The translations under genes were made by a program, and so were the position numbers. From Octopus sinensis (taxonomy: Eukaryota): 64,000 nt of DNA. The notes under the pieces are model-generated. The model saw only the letters and a program-made list of their open reading frames with translations, was not told the DNA's origin and searched no databases. The stretch spans positions 1 through 64,000 of the forward strand of contig NW_021833026.1 of NCBI RefSeq assembly GCF_006345805.1, written 5' to 3'. This document shows, piece after piece, positions 1 to 12,830 of the stretch (the stretch's first letter is position 1; each line of letters opens with the position of its first letter).

Positions 1-3000
1 ACTACGGACGATTCTAAATTATATATATATTATGCAATTCCATATATAATCTCAAGTACTCCCATGTCCTCACATCTACAGACGATTCTAATTAATACAT
101 AATCTGAAGTACTCTGATGTCCTCACATCTTAAGATCGTTCCATTTTGCATAATATATTAGGCAATTCATTATATTCTAAAGTACCCCCATGTCGTTAAA
201 TCTATGGACCTCTCCAAATTGCATAATATATTATTCAACATTACATAATCTGAAGTAGTCCCAGGTCCTCACATCTTGAGATCGTTCCTAATTGCATAAT
301 ATATTACTTAATTTATTATATAATCTCAAGTACCCCAATGTCTTCAAAACTAGGAACCACCGTAAATTGAATAATATATTACGCAATTCCTTATATAATA
401 TCAAGTACTCCCATGACCTCACATCTACGGACGATTCTAAATTGCATAATATATTAACAATTCATTATCTAATCTCAAGTACCCCCTTTTGTCAAATCTA
501 AGGACTTTTTAATTTGTATAATATATTAGTCAATTTAATACATAATCTAAAGTACTCTGATGTCCTCACATCTTAAGATCGTTCCAAATTGCATAATATA
601 TTAGGGAATTCATTATATTCTCAAATTCCCGATTCCTTAAATCTATGGACCCCCTCAAATTGCATAATAAGTTACGCAATAGAGTCGGCTGGTTTCCCTT
701 CCACCCTAGAGCCAGTCGGCCTTTCCCGGAGCGACGGCAAGCGTCCCGACGGGATGACGACCTTTCCTTTTAGGGAAGGCAAGTCCCTGGTTTGGGATGC
801 CACGTGTGTCGACTCTTTTTCGACGACAATGCTTCCCAGGACTGTCGCAAACCCGGGTTCCGCCAGTGCGCTGGCTGAAGAGACAAAGATGACGAAATAC
901 CGGTGTATTTCGGACGCTTTTGAGTTTGCCCCCCTCGCCTTCGAAACCTCTGGAATCGTCGGAAAGGCTGCGACTCAACTCCTCACCGCCATTGGTAGAA
1001 AAATCTCCACAAAAACAAACGACCGGAGGGAGACGAGCTGGCTGTTCCAGCGAATCTCGGTCGCTGTGCTCCGCGGAAACTGCCACTCAATACGCAGCGC
1101 GGCATCGTTGAGCTGACCCTCAGGCTCTCGACAATCCCCTTAGCCACCCAATTACTTACTTTTTTTTTCTTATAAAATAAATTAATTATGAAAAAAAAAA
1201 AAAAAAAAGTTACGCAATTTATTATATAATCTCATGTAATATAATGTTCTAATAATTGGAGACCCTTCCCGAATTGCATAATATATTATGAAATTTATTA
1301 CATAATCTCAAGTACCCCCATGTCCTGAAAAACTAGGAACTACCGTAAATTGCATAATATATTACGGAATTTATTAGATAATCTTAAGTACCCCCATGTC
1401 CTCAAAACTAGGAACTACCGTTAATTGCATAATATATTAGGCAAATCATAATATTATCTCAAGTACCCCCATGTCATCAAAGCTAGGAACTACCGTAAAT
1501 TGCATAATATATTAAGCAATTCATTATATAATCTCAAATACCCCCTTTTGTCAAATCTAGGGACCTCTCCAAATTGGATAATACATTATTCAACATTACA
1601 TAATCTGAAGTAGTCCCAGGTCGTCACATCTTGAGATCGTTCCTAATTGCATAATATATTACTCAATTTATTATATAATCTCAAGTACCCCCATGTCCTG
1701 AAAAACTAGGAACCACCGTAAATTGAATAATATATTACGCAATTCCTTATATAATCTCAAGTACTATGTCCTCACATCTACGGACGATTCTAAATTGCAT
1801 AATATATTAACAATTCATTATCTAATCTCAAGTACCCCCTTTTGTCAAATCTAGGGACCTCTCCAAATTGTATAATATATTAGTCAATTTAATACATTAT
1901 CTAAAGTACTCTGATGTCCTCACATCTTAAGATCGTTCCAAATTGAATAATATATTAGGGAATTCATTATATTCTCAAATTCCCGATTCCTTAAATCTAT
2001 GGACCCCCTCAAATTGCATAATAAGTTACGCAATTTATTATATAATCTCATGTAATATAATGTTCTAATAATTGGAGACCCTTCCCGAATTGCATAATAT
2101 ATTATGAAATTTATTACATAATCTCAAGTACCCCCATGTCCTGAAAAACTAGGAACTACCGTAAATTGCATAATATATTAAGCAATTCATTATATAATCT
2201 CAAGTACCCCCTTGTTCTCAAAGCTAGGAACTACCGTAAATTGCATAATATATTAAGCAATTCATTATATAATCACAAGTACCCCCTTTTGTCAAATCTA
2301 GGGACCTCTCCAAATTGTATAATATATTATTCAACATTACATAATCTGAAGTAGTCCCAGGTCCTCACATCTTGAGATCGTTCCTAATTGCATAATATAT
2401 TACTCAATTTATTATATAATCTCAAGTACCCCAATGTCCTCAAAACTACGGACGATTCTAAATTGTATAATATATTATGCAATTCCATATATAATCTCAA
2501 GTATTCCCATGTCCTCACATCTACAGACGATTCTAATTAATACATAATCTGAAGTACTCTGATGTCCTCACATCTTAAGATCGTTCCATTTTGCATAATA
2601 TATTAGGCAATTCATTATATTCTAAAGTACCCCCATGTCGTTAAATCTATGGACCTCTCCAAATTGCATAATATATTATTCAACATTACATAATCTGAAG
2701 TAGTCCCAGGTCGTCACATCTTGAGATCGTTTAATGCATATATATTACTCAATTTATTATATAATCTCAAGTACCCCAATGTCTTCAAAACTAGGAACCA
2801 CCGTAAATTGAATAATATATTACGCAATTCCTTATATAATCTCAAGTACTCCCATGTCCTCACATCTACGGACGATTCTAAATTGCTTAATATATTAACA
2901 ATTCATTATCTAATCTCAAGTACCCCCTTTTGTCAAATCTAGGGACCTTTCTAATTTGTATAATATATTAGTCAATTTAATACATAATCTAAAGTACTCT

Positions 3001-6000
3001 GATGTCCTCACTTCTTAAGATCGTTCCAAATTCATAATATATTAGAAAATTCATTATATTCTAAAGTACCCGATTCCTTAAATCTATGGACCCCCACAAA
3101 TTGCATAATAAGTTACGGAATTTATTATATAATCTTATGTAATCTAATGTTCTAATAATTGGAGACCCTTCCATTGATATATGAATAATCTCAAGTACCC
3201 CCATGTCCTGAAAAACTAGGAACTACCGTAAATTGCATAATATATTAAGCAATTCATTATATAATCTAAAGTACCCCCTTGTCCTCAAAGCTAGGAACTA
3301 TCGTAAATTGCATAATATATTAAGCAATTCATTATATAATCTCAAGTACCCCCTTTTGTCAAATCTAGGGACCTATCCAAATTGCATAATATATTATTCA
3401 ACATTACATAATCTGAAGTAGTCCCAGGTCCTCAAATCTTGAGATCGTTCCTAATTGCATAATATATTACTCAATTTATTATATAATCTCAAGTACCCCA
3501 ATGTCTTCAAAACTAGGAACCACCGTAAATTAAATAATATATTACGAAATTCTTTATATAATCTCAAGTACTCCCATGTCCTCACATCTACGGACGATTC
3601 TAAATTGCATAATATATTAAGCAATTCCTTATATAACTCAAGTACTCCCATGTCCTGACATTTACGGACGATTCTAAATTGTATAATATATTATGCAATT
3701 CCTTATATAATCTCAAGTACTCTCATGTCCTCACATCTACGGACGATTCTCATTAATACATAATCTGAAGTACTCTGATGTCCTCACATCTTAAGATCCT
3801 TCCAATTTGCATAATATATTAGGCAATTCATTATATTCTAAAGTACCCCCATGTCGTAAAATCTATGGCCCTCTTCAAATTGCATAATAAGTTACGCAAT
3901 TTATTATATAATCTCATGTATTATAATGTTCTAATATTTGGAGACCCTTCCCGAATTGCATAATATATTATGAAATTTATTACATAATCTCAAGTACCCC
4001 ATGTATTAAATCTAGGAACCTGCTCAAATTGCATAATTTGTTACGTAATTTATTATATAATGTCATGTATTATAATGTTCTAATATTTGGAGACCCTTCC
4101 CGAATTGCATAATATATTATTCAACATTACATAATCTGAAGTAGTCCCAGGTCCTCACATCTTGAGATCGTTCCTAATTGCATAATATATTACTCAATTT
4201 ATTATATAATCTCAAGTACCCCAATGTCCTCAAAACTACGGACGATTCTAAATTGTATATTATATTATGCAATTCATATATAATCTCAAGTACTCCATGT
4301 CCTCACATCTACAGACGATTTAATTAATACATAATCTGAAGTACTCTGATGTCCTCACATCTTAAGATCGTTCCATTTTGCATAATATATTAGGCAATTC
4401 ATTATATTCTAAAGTACCCCCATGTCGTTAAATCTATGGACCTCTCCAAATTGCATAATATATTATTCAACATTACATAATCTGAAGTAGTCCCAGGTCC
4501 TCACATCTTGAGATCGTTCCTAATTGCATAATATATTACTCAATTTATTATATAATCTCAAGTACCCCAATGTCTTCAAAACTAGGAACCACCGTAAATT
4601 GAATAATATATTACGCAATTCCTTATATAATATCAAGTACTCCCATGTCCTCACATCTACGGACGATTCTAAATTGCATAATATATTAACAATTCATTAT
4701 CTAATCTCAAGTACCCCCTTTTGTCAAATCTAAAAACTTTTCTAATTTGTATAATATATTAGTCAATTTAATACATAATCTAAAGTACTCCTGATGTCCT
4801 CACATCTTAAGATCGTTCCAAATTGCATAATATATTAGGGAATTCATTATATTCTCAAGTACCCGATTCCTTAAATCTATGGACCCCCTCAAATTGCATA
4901 ATAAGTTACGCAATTTATTATATAATCTCATGTAATATAATGTTCTAATAATTGGAGACCCTTCCCGAATTGCATAATATATTATGAAATTTATTACATA
5001 ATCTCAAGTACCCCCATGTCCTGGAAAACTAGGAACCACCGTAAATTGAATAATATATTACGCAATTCCTTATATAATCTCAAGTACTATGTCCTCACAT
5101 CTACGGACGATTCTAAATTGCATAATATATTAACAATTCATTATCTTATCTCAAGTACCCCCTTTTGTCAAATCTAGGGACCTCTCCAAATTGTATAATA
5201 TATTAGTCAATTTAATACATTATCTAAAGTACTCTGATGTCCTCACATCTTAAGATCGTTCCAAATTGCATAATATATTAGGCAATTCATTATATTCTCA
5301 AGTACCCGATTCCTTAAATCTATGGACCTCCTCAAATTGCATAATAAGTTACGCAATTTATTATATAATCTCATGTATTACAATATTCTAATAATTGGAG
5401 ACCCTTCCCGAATTGCATAATATATTATGAAATTTATTACATAATCTCAAGTACCCCCATGTCCTGAAAAACTAGGAACTACCGTAAATTGCATAATATA
5501 TTAAGCAATTCATTATATAATCTCAAGTACCCCCTTGTTCTCAAAGCTAGGAACTACCGTAAATTGCATAATATATTAAGCAATTCATTATATAATCACA
5601 AGTACCCCCTTTTGTCAAATCTAGGGACCTCTCCAAATTGTATAATATATTATTCAACATTACATAATCTGAAGTAGTCCCAGGTCCTCACATCTTGAGA
5701 TCGTTCCTAATTGCATAATATATTACTCAATTTATATATATCTCAAGTACCCCAATGTCCTCAAAACTACGGACGATTCTAAATTGTATAATATATTATG
5801 CAATTACATATATAATCTCAAGTACTCCATGTCCTCACATATACAGACGATTCTAATTATACATAATCTGAAGTACTCTGATGTCCTCACATCTTAATCG
5901 TTCCATTTTGCATAATATATTAGGCAATTCATTATATTCTAAAGTACCCCCATGTCGTTAAATCTATGGACCTCTCCTAAATTGCATTATATATTATTCA

Positions 6001-8873
6001 ACATTACATAATCTGAAGTAGTCCCAGGTCCTCACATCTTGAGATCGTTCCTAATTGCATAATATATTACTCAATTTATTATATAATCTCAAGTACCCCA
6101 ATGTCTTCAAAACTAGGAACCACCGTAAATTGAATAATATATTACGCAATTCCTTATATAATCTCAAGTACTCCCATGTCCTCACATCTACGGACGATTC
6201 TAAATTGCTTAATATATTAACAATTCATTATCTAATCTCAAGTACCCCCTTTTGTCAAATCTAGGGACCTTTCTAATTTGTATAATATATTAGTCAATTT
6301 AATACATAATCTAAAGTACTCTGATGTCCTCACTTCTTAAGATCGTTCCAAATTCATAATATATTAGAAAATTCATTATATTCTAAAGTACCCGATTCCT
6401 TAAATCTATGGACCCCCACAAATTGCATAATAAGTTACGGAATTTATTATATAATCTTATGTAATATAATGTTCTAATAATTGGAGACCCTTCCCGAATT
6501 GCATAATATATTATGAAATTTATTACATAATCTCAAGTACCCCCATGTCCTGAAAAACTAGGAACTACCGTAAATTGCATAATATATTACGGAATTTATT
6601 AGATAATCTCAAGTACCCCCATGTCCTCAAAACTAGGAACTACCGTAAATTGCATAATATATTAGGCAAATCATAATATTAACTCAAGTAACCCCATGTC
6701 ATCAAAGCTAGGAACTAACGTAAATTGCATAATATATTAAGCAATTCATTATATAATCTCAAATACCCCCTTTTGTCAAATCTAGGGACCTCTCCAAATT
6801 AGATAATACATTATTCAACATTACATAATCTGAAGTAGTCCCAGGTCGTCACATCTTGAGATCGTTCCTAATTGCATAATATATTACTCAATTTTTTATA
6901 TAATCTCAAGTACCCCCATGTCCTGAAAAACTAGGAACCACCGTAAATTGAATAATATATTACGCAATTCCTTATATAATCTCAAGTACTATGTCCTCAC
7001 ATCTACGGACGATTCTAAATTGCATAATATATTAACAATTCATTATCTTATCTCAAGTACCCCCTTTTGTCAAATCTAGGGACCTCTCCAAATTGTATAA
7101 TATATTAGTCAATTTAATACATTATCTAAAGTACTCTGATGTCCTCACATCTTAAGATCGTTCCAAATTGCAAATATATTAGGCAATTCATTATATTCTC
7201 AAGTACCCGATTCCTTAAATCTATGGACCTCCTCAAATTGCATAATAAGTTACGCAATTTATTATATAATCTCATGTATTATAATATTCTAATAATTGGA
7301 TACCCTTCCCGAATTGCATAATATATTATGAAATTTATTACATAATCTCAAGTACCCCCCCATGTCCTGAAAAACTAGGACTACCGTTAAATTGCATAAT
7401 ATATTAAGCAATTCATTATATAATCTCAAGTACCCCCCTTGTTCTCAAAGCTAGGAACTACCGTAAATTGCATAATATATTAAGCAATTCATTATATAAT
7501 CACAAGTACCCCCTTTTGTCAAATCTAGGGACCTCTCCAAATTGTATAATATATTATTCAACATTACATAATCTGAAGTAGTCCCAGGTCCTCACATCTT
7601 GAGATCGTTCCTAATTGCATAATATATTACTCAATTTATTATATAATCTCAAGTACCCCAATGTCCTCAAAACTACGGACGATTCTAAATTGTATAATAT
7701 ATTATGCAATTACATATATAATCTCAAGTACTCCCATGTCCTCACATATACAGACGATTCTAATTAATACATAATCTGAAGTACTCTGATGTCCTCACAT
7801 CTTAAGATCGTTCCATTTTGCATAATATATTAGGCAATTCATTATATTCTAAAGTACCCCCATGTCGTTAAATCTATGGACCTCTCCTAAATTGCATTAT
7901 ATATTATTCAACATTACATAATCTGAAGTAGTCCCAGGTCGTCACATCTTGAGATCGTTCCTAATTGCATAATATATTACTCAATTTATTATATAATCTC
8001 AAGTACCCCCATGTCCTGAAAAACTAGGAACCACCGTAAATTGAATAATATATTACGCAATTCCTTATATAATCTCAAGTACTATGTCCTCACATCTACG
8101 ACGATTCTAAATTGCATAATATATTAACAATTCATTATCTAATCTCAAGTACCTCCTTTTGTCAAATCTAGGGACCTCTCCAAATTGTATAATATTTAGT
8201 CAATTTAATACATTATCTAAAGTACTCTGATGTCCTCACATCTTAAGATCGTTCCAAATTGAATAATATATTAGGGAATTCATTATATTCTCAAATTCCC
8301 GATTCCTTAAATCTATGGACCCCCTCAAATTGCATAATAAGTTACGCAATTTATTATATAATCTCATGTAATATAATGTTCTAATAATTGGAGACCCTTC
8401 CCGAATTGCATAATATATTATGAAATTTATTACATAATCTCAAGTACCCCCATGTCCTGAAAAACTAGGAACTACCGTAAATTGCATAATATATTACGGA
8501 ATTTATTAGATAATCTTAAGTACCCCCATGTCCTCAAAACTAGGAACTACCGTAAATTGCATAATATATTAAGCAATTTATTATATAATCTCAAGTACCC
8601 CCATGTTTTAAAATCTAGAGACCTCCGCCAATTGCATAATAGATTAAGCAATTCATTATATAATCTTAAGTACTCCCATGTCCTCAATCTAATATTTGGA
8701 GACCCTTCCCAAATTCCATAATATATTAGTGAATTTATTACATAATCTCAAGTACTCCCATATCCTCAAATCTAGGCACCTCTGAAAATTGCATAATATA
8801 TTACGCAATTTATTACATAATCTCAAGTACGCCCATATCCTCAAATCTAGGCACCTCGGCAAATTGCATAATA
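1..8873. repeat. Satellite array of ~71-76-bp monomers (one ~54-bp type) organised as a 26-monomer, 1,906-bp higher-order repeat; array extends beyond the left window edge
   Basis: AAATTGCATAATATATTA-NN-CAATT...ATAATCTCAAGTAC recurs every ~73-75 bp (e.g. 292, 367, 442). The marker ACTACGGACGATTCT occurs at 1, 2445, 4235, 5766 and 7672. Spacings are 2444 (=1906 after removing the 528-bp insert and 10-bp TSD), 1790, 1531 and 1906. Confidence 0.97.
681..1208 (+). mobile_element. 5'-truncated CRE-clade non-LTR retrotransposon (restriction-like endonuclease domain only), inserted in the satellite
   Basis: Open frame GKRPDGMTTFPFREGKSLVWDATCVD...AEETKMTKY...FETSG...WLFQRISVAVLRGN (PD-(D/E)xK RLE). 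AATAAA, then an 18-nt poly(A) at 1191-1208. TSD GTTACGCAAT at 671-680 and 1209-1218. Confidence 0.93.
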
Positions 8874-10690
8874 CAGCGATACAAATAAAAAACGGAACAC
8901 TCATTTTCTAGATTTTTTTCTATTGAATGATTGATTTATTTTAAGAAAAATAGAATTTTTAGAAGACAAACATAACTTTAGCCTTTAAAAAAAATAAAAA
9001 CAACTTATATTTCAGACCGTAATTAAATCCAGTTTTGTCCAAACAAAATAAAAAAGAGAACAAAATAAAATTCTCTATTTTTACAGAGTTTTTTAAACCA
9101 TTTTTTATTTTATTACACTTGTTGATTCTTGTTGCATGGTTTTACAACTTACATTAAAGAAAAAGCAGAAATTATTACGTATTATAAAGTCGGAAAGTCA
9201 TATCGGGAAATAAGAAATTTGACCGGAAGATCTCTGAGTGTTATCTCGAGAGTCATTTGAAACTTCACCATGAATGATTCCTTCCAGAGAAAAAAGGCTC
9301 AGGACGAAGATTTAAACTTAACTTTGATGATCTCGGAATAATTCAACGAACAAAAAACTGACGTTGATTTCAATTCCGTAAAATGTTCGGAAATTTTACG
9401 TTCTGAAACGGGAACTGCTGTCACATCACAAACAGTGAGGAACTATTTGAAAAGACTGATAATATCGACGTTTCAGCCTACGAGAAGGCCATATCTGTCG
9501 AAAAAACACAAAAAGACTAGACTTTCTCAGTGCATTAAGTGGAACATGTTGCCGAATGTGTTCTGGAATCGAGTTATCTTTAGTGATGAATCGAAATTCA
9601 ATCTATTTAATCCCGATGGAAGAAAATTTGTCTGGAGAAAAAGGGGACAAAGGCTTTTAAGCGAAAATGTTACTACAACAGTCAAGTTTGGAAAAGGGAA
9701 CGTAATGGTTTGGGGCGCATTTACATCGGAATGTTTTTCGAAACTTGTTTGGATAAAGGGAATTATGAATGGGAACTTACAGTGAACAAAAATAAAAACT
9801 AAACACGCTTTTTCTCATATATTTACTATGGGACAATATTACAAATATGTCTCAAATTAATTATTTACATGAAATAAAGTATTTTACGTTTTTTAGTTTT
9901 TTTGAGAAATATATATTTATGCGCTTTTTTAAGAAATCGAAAATTCAAAACCAAAAAAAAAACTGAACAAATTTAATTAATATCTAGTATTTCCACCATT
10001 ACCTCGAATTACATTTAGTATTCGGCCTGTCATGCTATTAATGAGACTTTTTGCGTATTCTGTTTTAAGGTCATTCCAAATCGATGATATTTCTGCAAAT
10101 AAATTTTCTTTTTCTTTGATATATTTAAGTAAATTAAATTTGTTCAGTTTTTTTTTGGTTTTGAATTTTTGATTTCTTAATAAAGCGCATAAATATATAT
10201 TTCTCAAAAAAAATAAAAAACGTAAAATACTTTATTTCATGTAAATAATTAATTTGAGACATATTTGTAATATTGTCCCATTGTAAATATATGAGAAAAA
10301 GCGTGTTCAGTTTTTATTTTTGTTCACTGTATATGTAAGTATCTTGGCGGACTATTTGTTGCCTTTTTGGAGAAAACCGGAATCCGGTCTCCAATTTATC
10401 AGCAAGATAATGATCCAAAGCACACATGCAAGGTGGCTAAAGATTTTTTTAATGAACACCGAATTGAGTTATTACAATGGCCCCCTCAAAGTCCCGATTT
10501 GAATCCAATCGAGCACGTGTGGGCCTTCATGAAACATAAAATAAAAGGGACTGAATTTAAAAAAAAGAGTGACCTATTTGAGGAATTAAAAAATATTTGG
10601 AATGATCTTTCAATAGAATATGCGACATCCCTTGTTGGAACAATGCGGAACAGAATTTTAGACGCAATTAATGGTAGTTCAAAATTTAGT
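8874..10690 (+). mobile_element. Tc1-family DD34E transposon, degenerate, interrupted by a nested element; right end missing
   Basis: Starts TA|CAGCGATACAAATAAAAAACGG at the satellite end. HTH remnant with GSGRR at ~9160-9330. VIFSDESKF (ORF 9435), then QQDNDPKH...SPDLNPIEHVW (ORF 10367) with 34 residues between D and E. Contains stops and frameshifts. Confidence 0.9.
9780..10329 (-). mobile_element. Non-autonomous Tc1 deletion derivative (550 bp, ~200-bp TIRs) nested in the DD34E element
   Basis: TA|CAGTGAACAAAAATAAAAACT ... TTTTTATTTTTGTTCACTG|TA. ~200-bp inverted repeats at 9780-9980 and 10130-10329. The centre keeps only a transposase C-terminus (IWNDLKTEYAKSLINSM...GGNTRY). Removing it rejoins GIMNGNL-YVSIL. 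Confidence 0.95.
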
Positions 10691-10848
10691 ATGACCCCCT
10701 GAGCATTGTTCACCTTTTCCACAAACTTGAGCATTGTTCAGAGGAATTGGAACTTTTTCGTAAGTGAAAAGTACTTCCGCATCTTTTTGCATTCCGCGGT
10801 CGTGGTTTTGAAAAGAATTGTGAGAAGTCGGTAATAAATAGTTGCTTA

Positions 10849-11121
10849 TTGAGAAAAGATCCCAAACTGCTGGATGGACTGGATAGTTACCGTTATTTAG
10901 GTGTATTGAAAAATAAGGCTAGTCAGGTTGTTAAAGAAGTTTTGAAAAATTTACGAATTGAGGTTCAACAACGTATCGAAAGATTGTCGAAGACGAAACT
11001 AAATTCGGAGAATTTGTTTAAGGCAATTAATGAACATGCTTTTCCTTGTACAATTATTATATTGGCCTTTTGGATTTGGAACCGTCCACTTTTGATGAAA
11101 TTGACTTATAACGAAATTTAA
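10849..11121 (+). mobile_element. Reverse-transcriptase fragment of an R4/Dong-like non-LTR element
   Basis: YRYLGV...RIERLSKTKLNSENLFKAINEHA resembles the post-YADD region of R4/Dong RTs. Confidence 0.6.
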
Positions 11122-11129
11122 CTGAGAAT

Positions 11130-11500
11130 TCATAATCTTCATCTTAAGATTGAGTCTAGCTAGAAAATTTGAAAATCAATAAGCGAGTTCTCCACGTGTG
11201 TGTAACCAATCGACCTGATTTTTCAGGAAAACCGTTCCCAGTGATTGTTGATAATTTTAACTTCTTCGACCTTTTCCACAAACTTCAATTATTTTAATTT
11301 GATGATTCATAATCTTCGTTCTAAGATTTGTAACCTACTATGGAAGATTAGAAAATCAATATGCAAATTTTCCACCTGTGTAGACCAATTAATCTGATTT
11401 TTTCAGGAAAACCGTTCCCCGTGATTGTTGATAATTTTAACTTCTTCGACCTTTTCCACAAACTTCAATTATTTTAAACTGATGATTCATAATCTTCGTT
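11130..11500. repeat. ~177-180-bp tandem repeat, just over 2 copies
   Basis: TCATAATCTTC at 11130, 11307 and 11487. Shared block CTGATTTTTTCAGGAAAACCGTTCCC...ACCTTTTCCACAAACTTCAATTATTTTAA. Confidence 0.9.
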
Positions 11501-11519
11501 TTAATTGTAACGAAAAAGA

Positions 11520-12830
11520 ATTCGGTCAAGTGTTGAAAGCTTCATGGACGGGAAGCCGACGCGATCGAGAAAGAATTAGAGCGTACTATCGCAAGGGATA
11601 TCCGCTCGAAAAACCATCTTGATTCGCGGGCGTCGCCTGTGATAGCAGACATGTGAGACCCGATCTCCTGAACGATGCTGATTGCCTTACTGCCCAAGGA
11701 ACCAGAAGTCTCAACTGCGAATGGGAGGAATTGGAACTTTTTTGTAAGTGAAAAGTACTTCCGCATCTTTTTGCATTCCGCGGTCGTGGCAATAAATCCA
11801 GGGGCGGATGTTGACATCAGCAGGTTCTGAGGCGAGAAAGAGTCCACACACGTGACATCCCAAGTAAGAGGCTTTCCCCTGTTGAAGGGAAACACAGTGA
11901 TCCCGTCAGGACTTTTTCCGTCCCCCCGATCGATCCCAGTGGGTTCAAGCAGGGAGGGGATTCCGGTGACTTCCAGGGCTCTCCTGATAATGTCGTTAAG
12001 AGCCGCGTGCCGCGGGATATGGCCAGCACTGCGTCTACACGATAAAGCGTGCAGTCCAATGCGACAGATTTTCGCGCCACAGCGGCAGACATGTGGCTCG
12101 CGGTGTTCTCGTCATACGTTTAGTCCCAGGCGCAATGAGACGCCGATCCTCAGGCAATCGTCGTTTAATAAGGTTCCAATAGATCCCATATGGATGGCGG
12201 TCAACCAAGCCCCTGAATATGGTCGCGAGGCAGCCAATAAACAAGCCAAGCGATGTTGGTTAAGCTTAGGCTTGAGGTTGTTCGACTTCTGATTACAGAG
12301 AATCCTGTCCCATTCGTCTTGTGCGTGTGTATTTTGTGGAAGCTCAAGAACATCTCAAGCCAGCGACTTTCTGCGGCGAGTGACTTGAGTCCATAGGAGA
12401 TTCGGTAACGGGTTAGAGAATCTCTGGACAAAAGTGCTCGTGGCATGTGTAGAAGAAAGGAATTCTGGCAAAGAAAGGTCAGTGGCTGACCGCACACCAA
12501 TGCCGCCACGACTGATGGGAGTGTTGCCTGTTCCCAGCCAAGATCGTCAAAGGGGCCATTACATATTGATTCGAGGCAAGTCCTGAGAGCATGGTCAAAT
12601 CTGGAAGGCTCTCGGATTGGCAAAGCATGGAGCGCTTCTAAGTGTAAACAATAGTTTGGGGATGGCGAAACAGTTCCTCAATAGAAACAGGGCCGAATGG
12701 GAATCGATGATACCAAGATTACGGGACATTGATACAAGGTTTGATGCTTTTTCTGATAAGGTCCAAACGACACCGGTGTTAAAAATCGGGGAACCCAGAA
12801 TCTTGAGATTACTGGGCAAACACGATTAAA
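11520..12830 (-). mobile_element. 5'-truncated CRE-clade retrotransposon (RT thumb, zinc-binding region, RLE), frameshifted
   Basis: KILGSPI...ALFLLRNCFAIPKLLFTLRSAP; WEQATLP; a PDGITVFPFNRGKPLTWDVTCVD...ETSG...WFFERISLAIVRSN segment, homologous to 681-1208. Confidence 0.9.

Noticed and set aside
1-8873. CRISPR array (palindromic repeat plus variable spacer)
   Set aside because: The 'spacers' recur in fixed order and are mutually homologous, the context is eukaryotic, and there are no cas genes.
292-8904. Satellite ORFs (LHNILSNSLYNLKYP..., 25-aa period) as a leucine-rich-repeat gene
   Set aside because: Many monomers are not multiples of 3, frames break every 2-3 units, and the spacing is one residue short of LxxLxLxxNxL.
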